A stretch of DNA of 63,841 nt, the filler included, from Octopus bimaculoides (lineage: Eukaryota), in the NCBI RefSeq assembly GCF_001194135.2. It is 7 parts of 6 records of this genome, joined end to end, with 100 filler letters (N's around TTAATTAATTAA, not from the genome) between each part and the next. Parts side by side here need not be neighbours in the genome. Positions count along the whole stretch, not along the records: positions 8,157 to 22,344 come from NC_069002.1; positions 22,445 to 45,348 come from NC_068999.1; 5 more parts are not named here. One strand, 5' to 3'. Within the stretch, counting starts at the first letter, position 1; every line of letters begins with the position of its first letter. The notes beneath the pieces are model-generated. The model saw nothing but the letters and a program-made list of their open reading frames with translations, ran no database searches and had not been told where the DNA came from. This document shows, in pieces, positions 13,330 to 27,488 of this stretch. The position numbers were made by a program, and so were the translations under genes.

Positions 13330-14150
13330 ATAAGATTCATGTTTAGATAAACGATGACATGCGTACGATACTTGCGTGCATTTGTATGGATGTATAGTTC
13401 TGTAGCGCACCAACAGATGGCAGCACATGGTTGCATGCGCAATGAAAGCTAGCAGTGACCTTCACCGCTGTGTTTACTTCGCAAGTTCTGAAACTTGTGT
13501 TTTTGTAATCATGTGTATGCTGTAGTCTGCGATTTTGTCATGGTCAGGAACATAGAGCCAATGAGAAATTTTGCGTTAAACTTGAAAAGTCTGCTACAGA
13601 GACATTGAGCAAGCTTCGGCAAACTTACGGTGACGAGACAATGAGTCGTACGCAATATTTTGAGGGGCACGGGCGCTTCAAAAGCAGAAGAACGTCTCTG
13701 GAAGACAATGATCGATCTGGAAGACCTGCCACAAGTGTCACTCCCGGATATGTGGTATTGTGCATCTAGAATTCGTCCCCTAGCATCAGACCATCAATCG
13801 AGAGTTCTACTGCGACGTTTTGAAGTTTTTGAAGAAGGATATTTGGCGAAAGCGACTGTATCTGTGGAGCGCGAAGAACTGGATTCTTTACCTAACTCTC
13901 CTCATTTGTGAGTTTCTCGCCATAAACAACATGGTACTGCTTTTGAATTTGCCCTATTCGCCAGATTTAGTGCCAGCCGATTTCCATCTCTTCCCCAACA
14001 TGAAAATTCAGCTCAAAAGTCGCCGTTTTAACACCGTTGTCGAGATCCAGAGCGAATCGCAGAATGTTCTCGACTCGCCTACGGAAACCGACTTCTAGGC
14101 CGGATTCTAAAAGTGGCAGGAGTCCAGCCACTTTGATATATATATATATA
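13330..14150 (+). mobile_element. Internally deleted mariner element
   Basis: N-terminal HTH (FCVKLEKSATETLSKLRQTYGDETMSRTQYFE.H.RFK..RTSLEDNDRSGRP) joined to the C-terminus (LPYSPDLVPADFHLFPNMKIQLKSRRFNTVVEIQ); the DD34D core is missing. Confidence 0.88.
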
Positions 14151-14249
14151 TATATATAACACACAGAAACCAACAAAACACAACATGCGGAAAAATAGAC
14201 GACAGCACGACAACGGCAAACAGGACAAAAACAAAACTCTTATACATAC

Positions 14250-14280
<31 letters not shown>

Positions 14281-15074
14281 TATGTTCGTGTATAAGTGTG
14301 GATGGGGGAGAGTATAAAATAGCTTTGTAATTTACTTAAGTTTCGTCATTCTTAGAGAAGAAACACAGATACATATCTTATAACGTCTTCTAACAACACA
14401 AAGTTAGAGAATAAAGCATAAATTTAAGTAACAAGTTCCAAATTCGAAGTGAAATTTTAAAAACTGGCAAGAAACCAGCTGCTAATGACATGAAAACCAT
14501 TAACGCATGCGCAAAGATGCGCGACATGACGCACAGGATGTGTGGGCTGCAATGTTCAAATTATGCAATAAACTTGACAGTTGAGAAGCTAATAACGAGT
14601 GCACATCTGAAGTTGCAGACCCCTAACAACTTATTTCTTCAGAGGTTACATTTAGGTGTCGAGCAAAAACCCTTTATATCTTTTGTAATCTGGCAGCTGT
14701 TAAGCTGCATCTTAATAGATGAGGACGCCGCATTCATGTGTTCCCTATTACGTCTATGGAACGAGAAAATGTTCAAAGTTTTTTATATTTAATGCCATCA
14801 ATAGAACACAACGTAAGTACCTCTATGCCAGTTTTTCATTTGCTAGAAATAACCTGTAAATTTCCTTCAAATCACTCAGCCGTTTAAAAAATTTAATGGA
14901 AAATATACTGGAAAAGGTAATCCCAGACGTCTAAAAATAAGCTGAAACGCTTTTCATCATAGATATGATGTATCAGGATCTGTCTGGAGTGAGAGAGTAA
15001 ATATTTTGACAACTCCTGAAGCAGTATGCATGTTCAGCCCCTGCTTTCTATACACACTGAATTCAATCACATTG

Positions 15075-15500
15075 ATATTCTTTTCTACTCTAGGCACAAG
15101 GACCGAAATTTGGGGGGATGGGCCAGTCGATTAGATCGACACCAGTACGCAACTGGTACTTAATTTATCGACCCCGAAAGGATTAAAGGCGAAGTCGATC
15201 TCGGCGGAATTTGAATTCAGACCGTAAAGACATGAAATACCGTTATGCACTTCGCCCGACGTGCTAACGTTTCTTATTTCTTTATTGCCCACAAGGGACT
15301 AGACACAGAGGGGACAAACAAGGACAGACAAACGGATTAAGTCGATTATATCGACCCCAGTGCGTAGCTTGTACTTATTTAATCGACACCGAAAGGATGA
15401 AAGGCTAAGTCGATCTCGGTGGAATTTGAACTCAGAACGTAAAGACAGACAAAATACCGCTAAGCATTTTCCCGCTGTGCTAACGTTTCTGCCAGCTCGC
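15075..15500 (-). mobile_element. Two tandem SINE family B copies
   Basis: Two copies of gaccccgaaaggat..aaggc.aagtcgatctcgg.ggaatttgaa.tcag. Confidence 0.8.
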
Positions 15501-16353
15501 TGCTTTTCAATTACATTGAATATTAACTTCATTAAGTAGATACAAAGCGATTCTATTGATCCTTTTCTTCATATTCCGCTCCTCCCCACATCCCTCGTAT
15601 TATGTAGGATTATTGTATATACGCTTCCATTCTGCTTTTGTCTTTTTAACTAAATTTTTGCATTGTTTTTTCCGTTTCAGATCTTTTCTGTTTGGCTACC
15701 ACTTTTGTTCCAATTGATTTCATATTTGGCGTAAGTTTTGTAAAGTAAGCATTGACATGAAATTCATTTTCACCATAAATCAATAATTAAAGAATTAATA
15801 GCTTTTAATGCTTGTAAATTTTAGGTAATTTTAGCCAGTCAAAAGTTATAGACAACATAGGTGCCTGTTTCCATAGTAACAAGCCAAGCTGTTACCAAGC
15901 TGCTTACAACGTATTCTTTTTGTCTTATTAAATGCTTAAAACACATAACAGCTTCTAAATCCTGTTTCTGACAGAGTGAAAATTATCAAACTTTAAACCT
16001 CTGTAACTTTTTTCTTTTAAAATTTCTGGAAAAAGTGAAGTATCTCCTGAGATTCAGCATAGAAAATAAGCCAAATTTTAAAGTTCTCACTAAACTGAGA
16101 TTTCCACAGGTACANNNNNNNNNNNNNNNNNNNNNNNNNNNNNNNNNNNNNNNNNNNNNNNNNNNNNNNNNNNNNNNNNNNNNNNNNNNNNNNNNNNNNN
16201 NNNNNNNNNNNNNNNNNNNNNNNNNNNNNNNNNNNNNNNNNNNNNNNNNNNNNNNNNNNNNNNNNNNNNNNNNNNNNNNNNNNNNNNNNNNNNNNNNNNN
16301 NNNNNNNNNNNNNNNNNNNNNNNNNNNNNNNNNNNNNNNNNNNNNNNNNNNNN

Positions 16354-16575
16354 GTGTGTTTGTGTTTGTGTGTCTGTGTTTGTCCCCCTGGCGTTGCTTG
16401 ACAACCGATGCTGGTGTGTTTACGTCCCCGTAACCTAGCGGTTCGGCAAAAGAGACCGATAGAATAAGTACTAGGCTTACAAAGAATAAGTCCCGGGGTC
16501 GATTAGCTCGACTAAAGGTGGTGCTCCAGCATGGCCGCAGTCAAATGACAGAAACAAGTAAAAGAGTAAAAGAGT
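16354..16575 (+). mobile_element. SINE family A, tail half
   Basis: gcttgacaaccgatgctggtgtgtttac...gcggttcggcaaaagagaccgatagaataagtact...ggtgctccagcatggccgcagtcaaatgac..aaacaagtaaaagagtaaaagag. Confidence 0.85.
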
Positions 16576-16989
16576 AAAGAGTTATCAATATCTTCAGACT
16601 TATGAACAATAAACGATGTGGCAGCTGTGTGCTGAGGCTGATTCCCCCGCCCCTATTTTCCTCTCCAATAGATCTATATGGAGTGACGGTGATGATGGTA
16701 GTAGTAGGGGTAGTGGTGGTATCAGTGGTGGTAGTAGTAGTGATAGTAGTGGTGGTAGTAGTAGTGATAGTAGTGGTGGTAGCAGTGGTGGTGGGAGGGG
16801 GCTATAGCAGTAGTGGTCGTCATAGTTCTACAGATATAGCAGTGTTCTACGATATCACTTCACAACCACAAGGTCTGTAATTCGGTTCCAGTACGTGACA
16901 CCTTCAGCGGGTAACTTCTACAAGAGCGAGCTTCGCGCTCGCAGTGCCTTGTGAGTAAAACTGGTAAAGGGAAAACTACAGAAAACTGT

Positions 16990-17042
<53 letters not shown>

Positions 17043-17889
17043 TCTGTCTGTCTGTCTGTCTGTGTCTGTGTGTGTGTGTGTCTCCTTCCAACTTTCAAGT
17101 CTCTTTATGTCTCGTAACTTAGCGGTTCAGTAAAAGGTATTCGAGAAGTATCAAGTTTAAAAAAATAAGTCCCGGACTAATATGATCAGCTAAGACTTTT
17201 CGAGGCTATTGTGTCCGAATTTGGCCGAAGTTCAATGTCTGAAACAAGTAAAAATAAATAACAGGTGCAACATAAAGTAATAATGTTCATTGGGTAAGGG
17301 TGGGGTGGGTATGAGATAAGTGAGGAGGAAAAGGGTAAGGGAGTGGTCATTTGGCTGGTCAGTGCAGCCGGACTGCTAAGGTCAAGCTTTCAGGAAGTCG
17401 TCATGTTCCGTCTAACCAGAAGGAGACCATTTGTCTCGCCAAACCAATTCCTAGAAATCCTAGATTTTTCAGGTCATTTGGTTCAAACATCTTAGACAAA
17501 TAAAAAAAAAATTCAATAAAGGAGACAAAGAAAGTTATATGTTGAGAGTTCTAAGAGTAAAATGGTACTTCCAAAGAGTCTCTAAGTGCCAGCATGATGC
17601 CTTCATTCAAACTTCGGTTAAAATTCGTCTTGGTTAAAATGAGATCAGATTATCTGCAAATACCAAAAGCCATTTCCGTCTTTAGTGGGTGCCGACTGTG
17701 AATGACCCTCAAATGGGGAAGTGTCGGTGTATGTGTGAGGTCCTTTGTGTCTTTTATACGACTTAGCGGCGAGCCAACGACGTTAAGTTCCTCTACGTGG
17801 TCGCTCGAGCGGCTAGAAAAAGTAGCCAAGTCCTCATCAAATCATCTTTAAAAGCTAAAGAAATAAATGTAATGTATTTAGAGATATTT

Positions 17890-18670
17890 CTTCCGACTCT
17901 TTGCGTTCTGAGTCCATATCCCGCTGCAATCAACTTCGCTTTTCTTTCTTTTGGGGTCGATAAAATATAGTACCAGTTAAGTATTAGGGTCGATGCAATT
18001 GAAGAATTTTAACCCATGAAATTTCTGGCTTTGTACCAAATTTTAAAATTAATTTCAGTATTATTGGTATCAATTTGAGGTCAACAATTTTAAAGGAAGG
18101 AAGTTAGTCGATTACATCGACCCAAGTACCTAACTGGTACATTTTTTTTTTATCGAACCCAGCAGAACGTAAGGCAATGTTGACCTTGATGGTATTTGAA
18201 CTCAGAAAGTAAGCAGCAATTTCTCCGACGTAAACGATAAGCTAATAGAGTCGTTAGAGCGTCGATTAAAATACTTTACATCATTCGTTTTTTCTTTCTT
18301 TCTTTTTACATCTCGTGTTCAAATCTGGCTTACGTTAATTTTGCTTCCCATCCTCCCGAGGTGGTTAAAATAAACTAACAGTCAAATACCGGAGTCGATG
18401 ATTCCTCTTCCTCAAAATTGCTGGTCTTGTGCCAAAATTTGACTCCTAGCCTTCTAATATTGGTGTCAAAGATTTTGCGAAAGGTCAGCAATTTCGGGGG
18501 AGGGGCTAAGTCGATTGCATCAACCCCAGTACTCAACTGGTACGTATTTTGCTGAACCCGAAAGAATGGAAGTCAAAGTCAACCCCGGTGGCATTTGAAA
18601 CCAGAACATAAAGACGGACGAAATGCCGCTAAGCATTTCGATCAGCGCATTAACGATTCAGTCAACTCAG
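17890..18670. mobile_element. Cluster of about four diverged SINE family B copies in both orientations
   Basis: Repeated core and B-box segments at ~17890-18040 (+), 18085-18235 (-), 18300-18440 (+) and 18460-18670 (-). Confidence 0.7.
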
Positions 18671-18964
18671 CACCTTTCCTTGCCATGCAGTTGATCAAAA
18701 TTGCATATGTCACACACACACACAAACACACACACACACACANNNNNNNNNNNNNNNNNNNNNNNNNNNNNNNNNNNNNNNNNNNNNNNNNNNNNNNNNN
18801 NNNNNNNNNNNNNNNNNNNNNNNNNNNNNNNNNNNNNNNNNNNNNNNNNNNNNNNNNNNNNNNNNNNNNNNNNNNNNNNNNNNNNNNNNNNNNNNNNNNN
18901 NNNNNNNNNNNNNATACATTTGTGTGTTTCTTTCTCTTTGTGCTCTAGTGTTGGCTTTCTATTA

Positions 18965-19160
18965 TTCTTTCTTTTATTTTATATGTTTCAGTCAATTGAT
19001 TGCGGCCAAACTGGAGTACCGACTTAAAGGGGTTCTTAGTCAAAGAAATTAAGCCTAGTACTTATTCTATCAGTCTCTTTTGCCGAACCGCTAAGTTACG
19101 GTGACGTAAACACAATAAGATCGGTTGTCAAGCGATGGTGGAGGAGAAACACAGACACAA

Positions 19161-19193
<33 letters not shown>

Positions 19194-19345
19194 ACGGGCT
19201 TCTTTCCGTCTACCAAATCCACTCAAAATGCTTTGGCCGGCCCGAACCTATAGCAGAAGATACTTGCCTAAGGTACCACGCAGTAGGACTGAACCGGAAA
19301 CTATGTGGTTGGGAAGCAAACTTCCTACCACACAACACGTTCCTG
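18965..19345 (-). mobile_element. SINE family A, full copy with internal (CA)n
   Basis: Reverse-complement tail, (CA)n and head. Confidence 0.8.
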
Positions 19346-19859
19346 TGATTGAGCTGTTCGACAATATAGACTAATAGAATAAGTATCGGGTTGTGAAAAG
19401 AAAAATGTACTGGGGTTGATCTATACGACAAAAACCCTTCAAGACCTCAGCATGGCCGCAGTCCAATGATTGAAACGAATAATAAGTAAAGATCTACACA
19501 TACAGGCATATACCTACCTGCATAGACATACGGGATCTTTTCTGTATGGCTGCCAATTTTCAATCTCTTCAATTTCTCTTCGAATTCAGTATAAAAATAT
19601 ATTTTTATACGCTAATCAATGCCACGAAAATCATTTTCGCCATAAATCAATGAATAAAGAGTTATTAGCAATTAAAGTTTGAAAATTATGGGTAATTTTA
19701 GCCAATCGTAAGTCACAGACACATTTATGCTTGTTTCCATAGTAACAAACCAAATATGTCTGCGATAAGGCACGTGTTGACTAATATATTCCAGTCATTG
19801 GGGAGGTTGTTATATCTGCTAAAAAATAACAGCCAAATAGGCCTTAAGCCACGCACCAG

Positions 19860-20150
19860 AGGAGGATGCGGTTTCATACTTGAAAGAAAAGAGTGTTATA
19901 TAAAAAAAATATGTAAATTGAAGAAACATTTTATGAGTACAAGAAAACGTGGTGGAAGTATGTATTGGTGATGCTCGTGCCAAGGATGCATGGAATTAAC
20001 TTCAGTCCGGTTTTGTGTTGAAGAACTGGGGATGAGCCATTACACAACTGTTGATTATAACAGCTATGTAGCTATGTTAGGGAAGTTTGTGCGGAGGACC
20101 TGTTCCATTATCCAGTTAAGGTTGGTGGTCCTGGGAAGATTGTTGAGATA
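19860..20150 (+). mobile_element. Merlin (IS1016/ISXO2-like) transposase fragment
   Basis: Frameshifted TSVRFCVEELGMSHYTTVDYN / YVREVCAEDLFHYPVKVGGPGKIVEI, matching the Merlin motif REVC...IGGPGKIVEIDES. Truncated by a SINE. Confidence 0.8.
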
Positions 20151-20570
20151 CTCTCTTTTACTCTTTTACTTGTTTCAGTCATTTGACTGCGGCCATGCTG
20201 GAGCACCGCCTTTAGTCGAGCAAATCGACTCCAGAGCTTATTCTTTGTAAGCCTAGTACTTATTCTATCGGTTTCTTTTGCCGAACCGCTAAGTTACAGG
20301 GACGCAAACACAGCAGCATCGGTTGTCAAGCGATGCTGGGGGACAAACAGACACACACACACANNNNNNNNNNNNNNNNNNNNNNNNNNNNNNNNNNNNN
20401 NNNNNNNNNNNNNNNNNNNNNNNNNNNNTATTTATATATATATACATATACGACGGGCTTCTCCAGTTTCCGTCTACCAAATCCACTCACAAGGCAGTGG
20501 TCGGCCCGAGGCTTTGGTCGGCCCGAGGCTTTGGTCGGCCCGAAGCTATAGTAGGACTAAACCCGGGACC
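20150..20570 (-). mobile_element. SINE family A, with an internal 17-bp tandem duplication
   Basis: Tail, gap and partial head; ggtcggcccgaggcttt repeated nearly three times at ~20499-20545. Confidence 0.8.
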
Positions 20571-21029
20571 ATACATCAGGGGAAGACCTTTGAGAGGCGT
20601 TGCCTATTTAGTCGCCGGCGTCTTAACCCTTAAAAACAGAGTAGTACTAATTTATCTAGTCTTGATAATCGATGGCTTTTATTTTCAACTGAAACAGAAA
20701 ATAAAACTAAAAACAGTTATCCTTATTTCTCTCTCGCTTTAATACTGTAGTTGTAGAAATATTGGTGAACTCCGTCAATTATTTCGATTATCCCGTCTTA
20801 TCTTATAGTAACTAAAACTACATTATCCAATGTTTCTTATTATTCAAATCAGTTTGCGTGTGATTTCCTGAAGACATGGACGCTAATTCTAGCAGTTTGA
20901 GAGGGTACGAAGAGTTTTCCGTCTTTTGCAAAATAATTGTTTGCAAAATGATTGTATGGCGTGTTCTGTTCATAAACGCTTAGTCCTGCCATCTGGCACG
21001 CCATGGAGGTAAGGCTATATTGTTATTAT

Positions 21030-21101
<72 letters not shown>

Positions 21102-24054
21102 CGTTGTTGTAATTGTTGTAAGCATCGCTAATCTGATCAGGTGTAGACAAGATGAAGAAACACTATAAAACAAAGATTAGACAACCACACCGTGGAACAG
21201 GAGTCGCTACAATATGGAGTTAATTGTCGAGACTTGAGATAAGCATAGAGTTACAGCAACATTATCACAATAGTGGGAGTGGGGCGAGTTAGATTGGTGG
21301 TAATGATGGTGGTGGTGGTGGGGGGAGGGGTAATATTGTGTGTGATGGAGCCATAGTGGTAGTGTTAATTGTGGTGATGATCTGTGGTGGTGGCGGTGGT
21401 AGTGGTGGTGGCGGTGATGATCGGAAGTAGCTATTGTAAACTGCGTAGACTGAAGAGGCGGCGGGTGGAGTAGAGGAAGACAATTGAAGGGGGAGGCTGC
21501 CACTGTATAATTCCGACTCCTCCTGCTCCTCAACCATTGTTACGCCTCCCACTTCTCCTCTTCCGCCTCCGCCTCCCTTACTGCAGTAGAGGTTATAGTA
21601 GCGGGGTGAGTGGGTGGGAGAGTATTGATGGGTGGTGATGGTGGGAGGTGGTCTGGTAGTGGCGGGGGTAGAGGTGATGCTGGTCCGTTCCAGCACATTT
21701 CGACATTAAAAGTGTTGAGAAAAGAATGTCTTATCTGAAATAGGTGTGCTTGTATGTATGTATGTATGTATGTATGTATGTATGTATGTATGTATGTATG
21801 GGTGAATATATGCATGTATGTACGTATGTGTTGCTTAATTACCTATATGATCTGATCGAACAGATCTCCGATCAAAGAAGTTTCATTTTTGATTATTATC
21901 TTGTATGTTTCATTTTCCATCTGACGCCCAGCCAATAACATTCATTTCCGGTCACAGCTCAACACACATCTATCCATTACGTTACATGTCGTATGATCTT
22001 TGGTACCCATCTCACACTGTCACCTTCCAACTTCTCTTCTCGGCACTGACTTGGACATGCTTCGAAATTCAATCAAAAATGAAATACTCCAATAAAAACT
22101 ATAATTCTGTTTCTCCATCTGTATACAACAGTTTAACAAAATATTTTGCGTGTGTGTGTCTGAGAGAGAGAGAGAGAGGGGGGAGGGATGGAGAGAGAGC
22201 GCGCGCGCGAGAGAGAGAGAGAGAGAAAGAGTGTGTGTGTGTGCGCGTATTGCTTCACTCCCAGCGGATAATTCTTTCGCCGTTTACTACACACACACAC
22301 ACACAAACAAACAAACACACACAACACAAACAACACACACACACNNNNNNNNNNNNNNNNNNNNNNNNNNNNNNNNNNNNNNNNNNNNTTAATTAATTAA
22401 NNNNNNNNNNNNNNNNNNNNNNNNNNNNNNNNNNNNNNNNNNNNAGAGAGAGACAGACAGACAGACAGACAGAGATAAAGTGGTTATCTAGAACATTACA
22501 TGATTCATTCTTGATACAACTAAAATTTTTCTTCGTGCTCATTAAATCTATAAGATGTAGCAGCCAAATGACTCTCAAATCAGACCGGTAATTGTTAATA
22601 ATAAAGTAAGCCTATGAAAATGTAAACTCATAAAATGTAAATGGAAAAGAAAATAGAAATAAAATAGTGGATGTTTACGGATAGAGCAACTTTAAAACTA
22701 AAGTAATTAGTGGAAAGCTTTGTGTATGTTAAGAACCCATGCTCTCTCACAATTGATCGCAGACTGTACTTTATGCTTCCCTGTACACTAAAAGCATCGA
22801 TAGTTTTGTATTTAAAAACTTTCAGTTCAATAAAATCGAATTCGAGTTTAACTCGTTCTACTAGGAAACAAAGACACTATCTTTCTTTACTACGAAATTA
22901 ATTTAAATATCAATTTTTTAATATCCCAGGTGATAAATATTAATCTTATTCATTATAAGCGTCCAACAAGTAAATCGCTTGTTCATTGTAATTCTAATGA
23001 GAATCACAAGGGAATGTTTCCAATTCAGTGTCGAACAAATATGACAAATATCGAAAGAAATTTATTCGGAAAGCAATGCTCTTGTCGTTTTCTGTCAGCC
23101 GATGTTTTATATCCTACGCCAAAATATATTACCGAAGTCTACACATAATACATATATCTGTAAAAATCATGTACTGCATTGTCTTATATATTCTTTCTGA
23201 CTTTAGGACGGTGCTGTATTATATAATTAAATTGTTATATCGTTCATGTCAATTAACCACGTAGAGGCTTCATCATTGACTCGACTCAATTGCTTTTCGT
23301 TTGTCAAGAAGCGTGTCCAGTTCACATTTCACTCACGAAGAATTTAGGAAAATTACATGATTAATCAGAGAATCCTTTAAATTAATTAATAATTTAAGTA
23401 AGGATTCCTCAGAATAAATTTAAATTCATGATTCGAGAGCCCAAATTAAATGCTTATAATGAACAATAACACAAAATCCCAGAAAATTTCTTCGAAATTG
23501 TGAACGACGCTATATTTGCATGTAAATATTTCAATCAAATATTAAAATTTATTCGCTGATGAACCTTTACTTAAATAATTAATTAACTAATTATTGTACA
23601 GAATTCTCAAGTTAATTAACTACTTTTCTTTAATTGACTTAAAAAGCGGAAAACCGAGGGTGTACGCTTCTTGACAAACAACAACTAACAGAGTTGGGTC
23701 AATACAAGGTCGTCTGCTATGTCGGATTCTACTTGGGTTTTCATATGTAACATCATCAGGAATTTAAATATATTTCCATGTTTAAGGGATAAGATGAGAA
23801 CGTAAAGGACCGGAAAATAGGCTGGTAAGCGTTATAACTGACCTGCAAAAAATACTGCAATAATGATGATACTGATGATGATGATGATGATGATGAGGAT
23901 GATGATGAGGATGATGATGATAATAATGTTTTCAAATTTCGGCTGAATACCATCAAATAGAATTCTCATTTTTCTGTCTGTACGCTATACTAAACTCGTT
24001 ACAGTGGATGTATGTATGTATGTATGTATGTATGTATGTATGTATTTATTTTTT

Positions 24055-24238
24055 TCTACTATAAGCACAAGGCCTGAAATTTTGGGGAGGAGACTCGTCA
24101 ATTATATCGACCTCCAATATTTCACTGATACTTAATTTATCAACTCCAAAAGGATAAATGACAAAAGTCGACCTCGGTGGAATTTTGAACTAAGCATTTC
24201 GTCCGGCGTGCTAACGATTCTACCAGTTCGCCGCCTTA
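24055..24238 (-). mobile_element. SINE family B
   Basis: cacaaggcctgaaattttgggg...aagtcgacctcggtggaatttt...gttcgccgccttag. Confidence 0.75.
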
Positions 24239-24699
24239 GATTAGTTATAATTAGATGACAGTGTGATAGATATCCATTTAACGAGGAGCCAATTTATAGA
24301 AGTTGATTGAAAAACTCATGAAAATAATATTTAGAAAAAAGGCCCACAGGTGAATTTGTTTTGGTGGTTCTGATACAGTAGTCCAAAATGTTGGCCTTTG
24401 AAAAGCAATTTGCTTAAGGTTATGGGCAACCTCAGGTACTTTTACAATCCATTATATGTATCTTAGGAAATATTGTGTGCAAAAGTACACTTTACAGATT
24501 TCGATGGTGAGATGAGATTAGTAATAAATATAGCCAAATATATTTACCAAATCTAGCTGCAAGGGCTTTTCAATAAACAATAATTTAATTTGAATTGAAA
24601 TTGAATCAGTTTACAACGGTTTAGTAATGTATAATATTATACGAGGACTAAGTTATGATCGATTTGTAAAATCAGATTATTTTCAGAGATGAAAATAAT

Positions 24700-25420
24700 A
24701 GAGCATGAATAGCTTAACTGAATTAATTTGATTGGTGTAGTTAACTGAGGTTCTTTTTAAGGACATTTCACTGCGTTTAAACGTTTTGTGAAATACATTT
24801 ACTTTGTATGAATTTTTTGAGTGTAAACTGGACTTATCTGAAGAAGATTCAGAAAATCTGAAGTGTGAAGAAACTTTTTTGCGGAAGTTAGTCCTAAGGA
24901 AGTTGAATATAGCGCGAAACAAAAACAAAATCATAAAAATTCTAAAGGTTGTACTTGAGGAAGTAGTTTTCTTGTAGATTTGAGCAATTCAAAGAATTAG
25001 AGAAAGCAATATAACGAATTTTTTTGTTGCTGAATTCGAGAATGCTGTAGTTTTATGGGGTTATTTTGATGCCATATATTAATATAAAAATAACCTGATT
25101 TAGCATATTTCGCTGGTCTGGATTTAGATGCGTTTGAGTGGAGGAAATTGATATCTAGAAATGCAATTATCCGATTTTCAATCTAGTCGTAGGTGATTAA
25201 AAGGAAATTATGTTTAAGCATGTACAAATAACTGTAATTAAGTTCCAGGCTGTGGACCTTTGAGAACGAAAATTTAGGTGGTCTTAAAATTCTTGCAAAA
25301 ACAGTCCGATCCGTTTTGTCGTCAGCGTATTCATGGGAAACATTGCTCTCAGCTTTACGAAGTAATAAAATTAATAATAAAAAACAAACAAACAAGAGAA
25401 ATAAATGATATGATGCACTA
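24700..25420 (+). mobile_element. Decayed hAT transposase remnant
   Basis: AFKRFVK... and the dimerisation-domain-like LGGLKILAKTVRSVLSSAYSWETLLSALRSNK; many stops. Confidence 0.5.
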
Positions 25421-27083
25421 AGAGCTACTTGCATAGCATTAATATAACCCGTTATAAAACTCCCATAAAAGAACCATATTCTCTAATTCAGCAACCGAAA
25501 ATGTCAATAAATTTAAGATAACGTTAAAAATTTATTTTTATTATCCTAAATTTATGAGCATATTTTAAAATATCAAGTTAAATTTTATATCAAAACTCTT
25601 AGATTTATTAACATATTAGAAAAAAATATGGGCTATATATCTATAAACATTTACCTATAACTAAAATACATCTATAATTGTGACACTGCAAGAAAAGAAT
25701 TACTAAAAATAATTTAAAACTTAATCAACACGACGTATGAAAAAGTACGCTATTACTATTTTTTGGTTGCTGCATTTAATAGTGTTCAATTACCCATGCT
25801 TATTCGATTACTAATCATAAACTATGTCTTTAAACATCTTTCAATTACTCAGTGATTAGAACTTGGTTTATACGTTTTATGGTTAATGCAATTTTAGGGT
25901 CTGATATAGCATAATTTTTTGACAATTATCAGAGCGCGAACCTCTCTTCCTGGTCATCAGTTCATGAGATGGTTGTGATACATAAACAGTTTTGAATCGG
26001 AATCGGAAAGAACCGTATGAAGAAGAAATGCGCATGTGCATACTTGTTTCGTAAAACGAAAGAGAATAGTATAAACGCAATGCACGTGTCAAAATAAAAC
26101 GGAAGAGAAGAATAAAGGGGCAATGCGAATGTCTAACAAGTTATATGGTGGTCTGCATACCGCGTCTGACTCAATACACATCTGCAGCATCCTTTAACAT
26201 ATTATAACTATTAGGCTTCGGTTATAATAGTATCAACACGAGAACCAGAAATAAAATCAAAAGCGTGAGTTTAAACCAGCGGGTTTTTGCCCGTGTCGAG
26301 CACAAAGGTTTTTAAACAAAAGAACATGAGGGAAAGGAAAGCGTTTTCCTCAAACATTTATTTCATAATTCAAAACAATACTCAGACAGTGGATATTACC
26401 AAAGAAAACCAAATTCGGTTTACTGGCTGTTTGATCGGGAGTGAGTTTCTCTAAATTCTGGAAGTCAGACTCTTACAGTTACAATGTATTACACACATAA
26501 ACACACAGAGTAATACAATATAGTCCACAGATGAAATCCAAAGATTCTCAGTATAGAAGACAGTAGTGCTAAAATAATACAAACATTGACTCCAATGTCT
26601 TTACAAGTGATCGATTCCACAAGCTCTAAATATTCATCGTCTGAAAGTCTCCACCTTTTGTTTTCTCTCGTTTCGAATGTATACATATATACATGTCTAG
26701 TATTTCAAACCCAAACTATTATATTTAATATATCTAATTTGTTTATCCGCATAATTTTCTATATAATAATAGAATATAAAAATTGACTGAAACAAAACAA
26801 TTTTCTTCGTACACGCAGGTAAATTAATATTAATATTGATTTTACTCTGGTTGTATAATTATATTAAATCAGTTCTTAGGTTTCCATGATCCTGCATCCA
26901 TAGTTAACGGTAGCTAAATGGTTATTGCGCTATATCAGTTTCTGAATCACTTTATACCAATGGGCCCATTTACGTCCTAATATATTCTACTGGATCGCAT
27001 AATCATTTGCTATTTAAGAAAATTATATTGTCGTTTTATAATTCAATATTATTAGGTATTTTGTGTACTCTAGAAGTGTAACC

Positions 27084-27400
27084 AATTTATTGCCTCCGCC
27101 TTAGCAATGGCGAAGTATTGTTTTTCAGCCGTGTTTGTTTATTTATTTGTCCCAAGATATCTCAAGAACCACTGGGTGGATTCGGATGAAACTTTCAGGA
27201 ATGTTTGGCCTCGTGACTGGCACGAACTGATTAGATTTTAGGATCGATCCAGTACCGGAGAGAGCGGTGGAATTCATTTTTAGTATTCTTGCTTGTGAGA
27301 GTAGTCGAGTTATTCTCATTTTAAAAATCATCTCTGTCTAATCGTTGAGAGGATGTTGGTGTTGCCTTGGCGGAAGTTTGCGCTCTCTGAGTGCTCTTGT
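27084..27400 (+). mobile_element. Helentron/DINE-1-like non-autonomous element
   Basis: 5' ttgcctccgccttag, a gtttgttt microsatellite, and 3' ccttggcggaagtttgcgctctctgagtgctcttg (sub-terminal inverted repeat cctccgcc / ggcggaag). Confidence 0.55.
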
Positions 27401-27488
27401 ATATAAATCTTAACAGCGAAATTTTAAATGGATCCCCAAGGGTCAAAGGGATTCTGCTTGCGAAACAAAGCTTTAAATTAACACTCAC

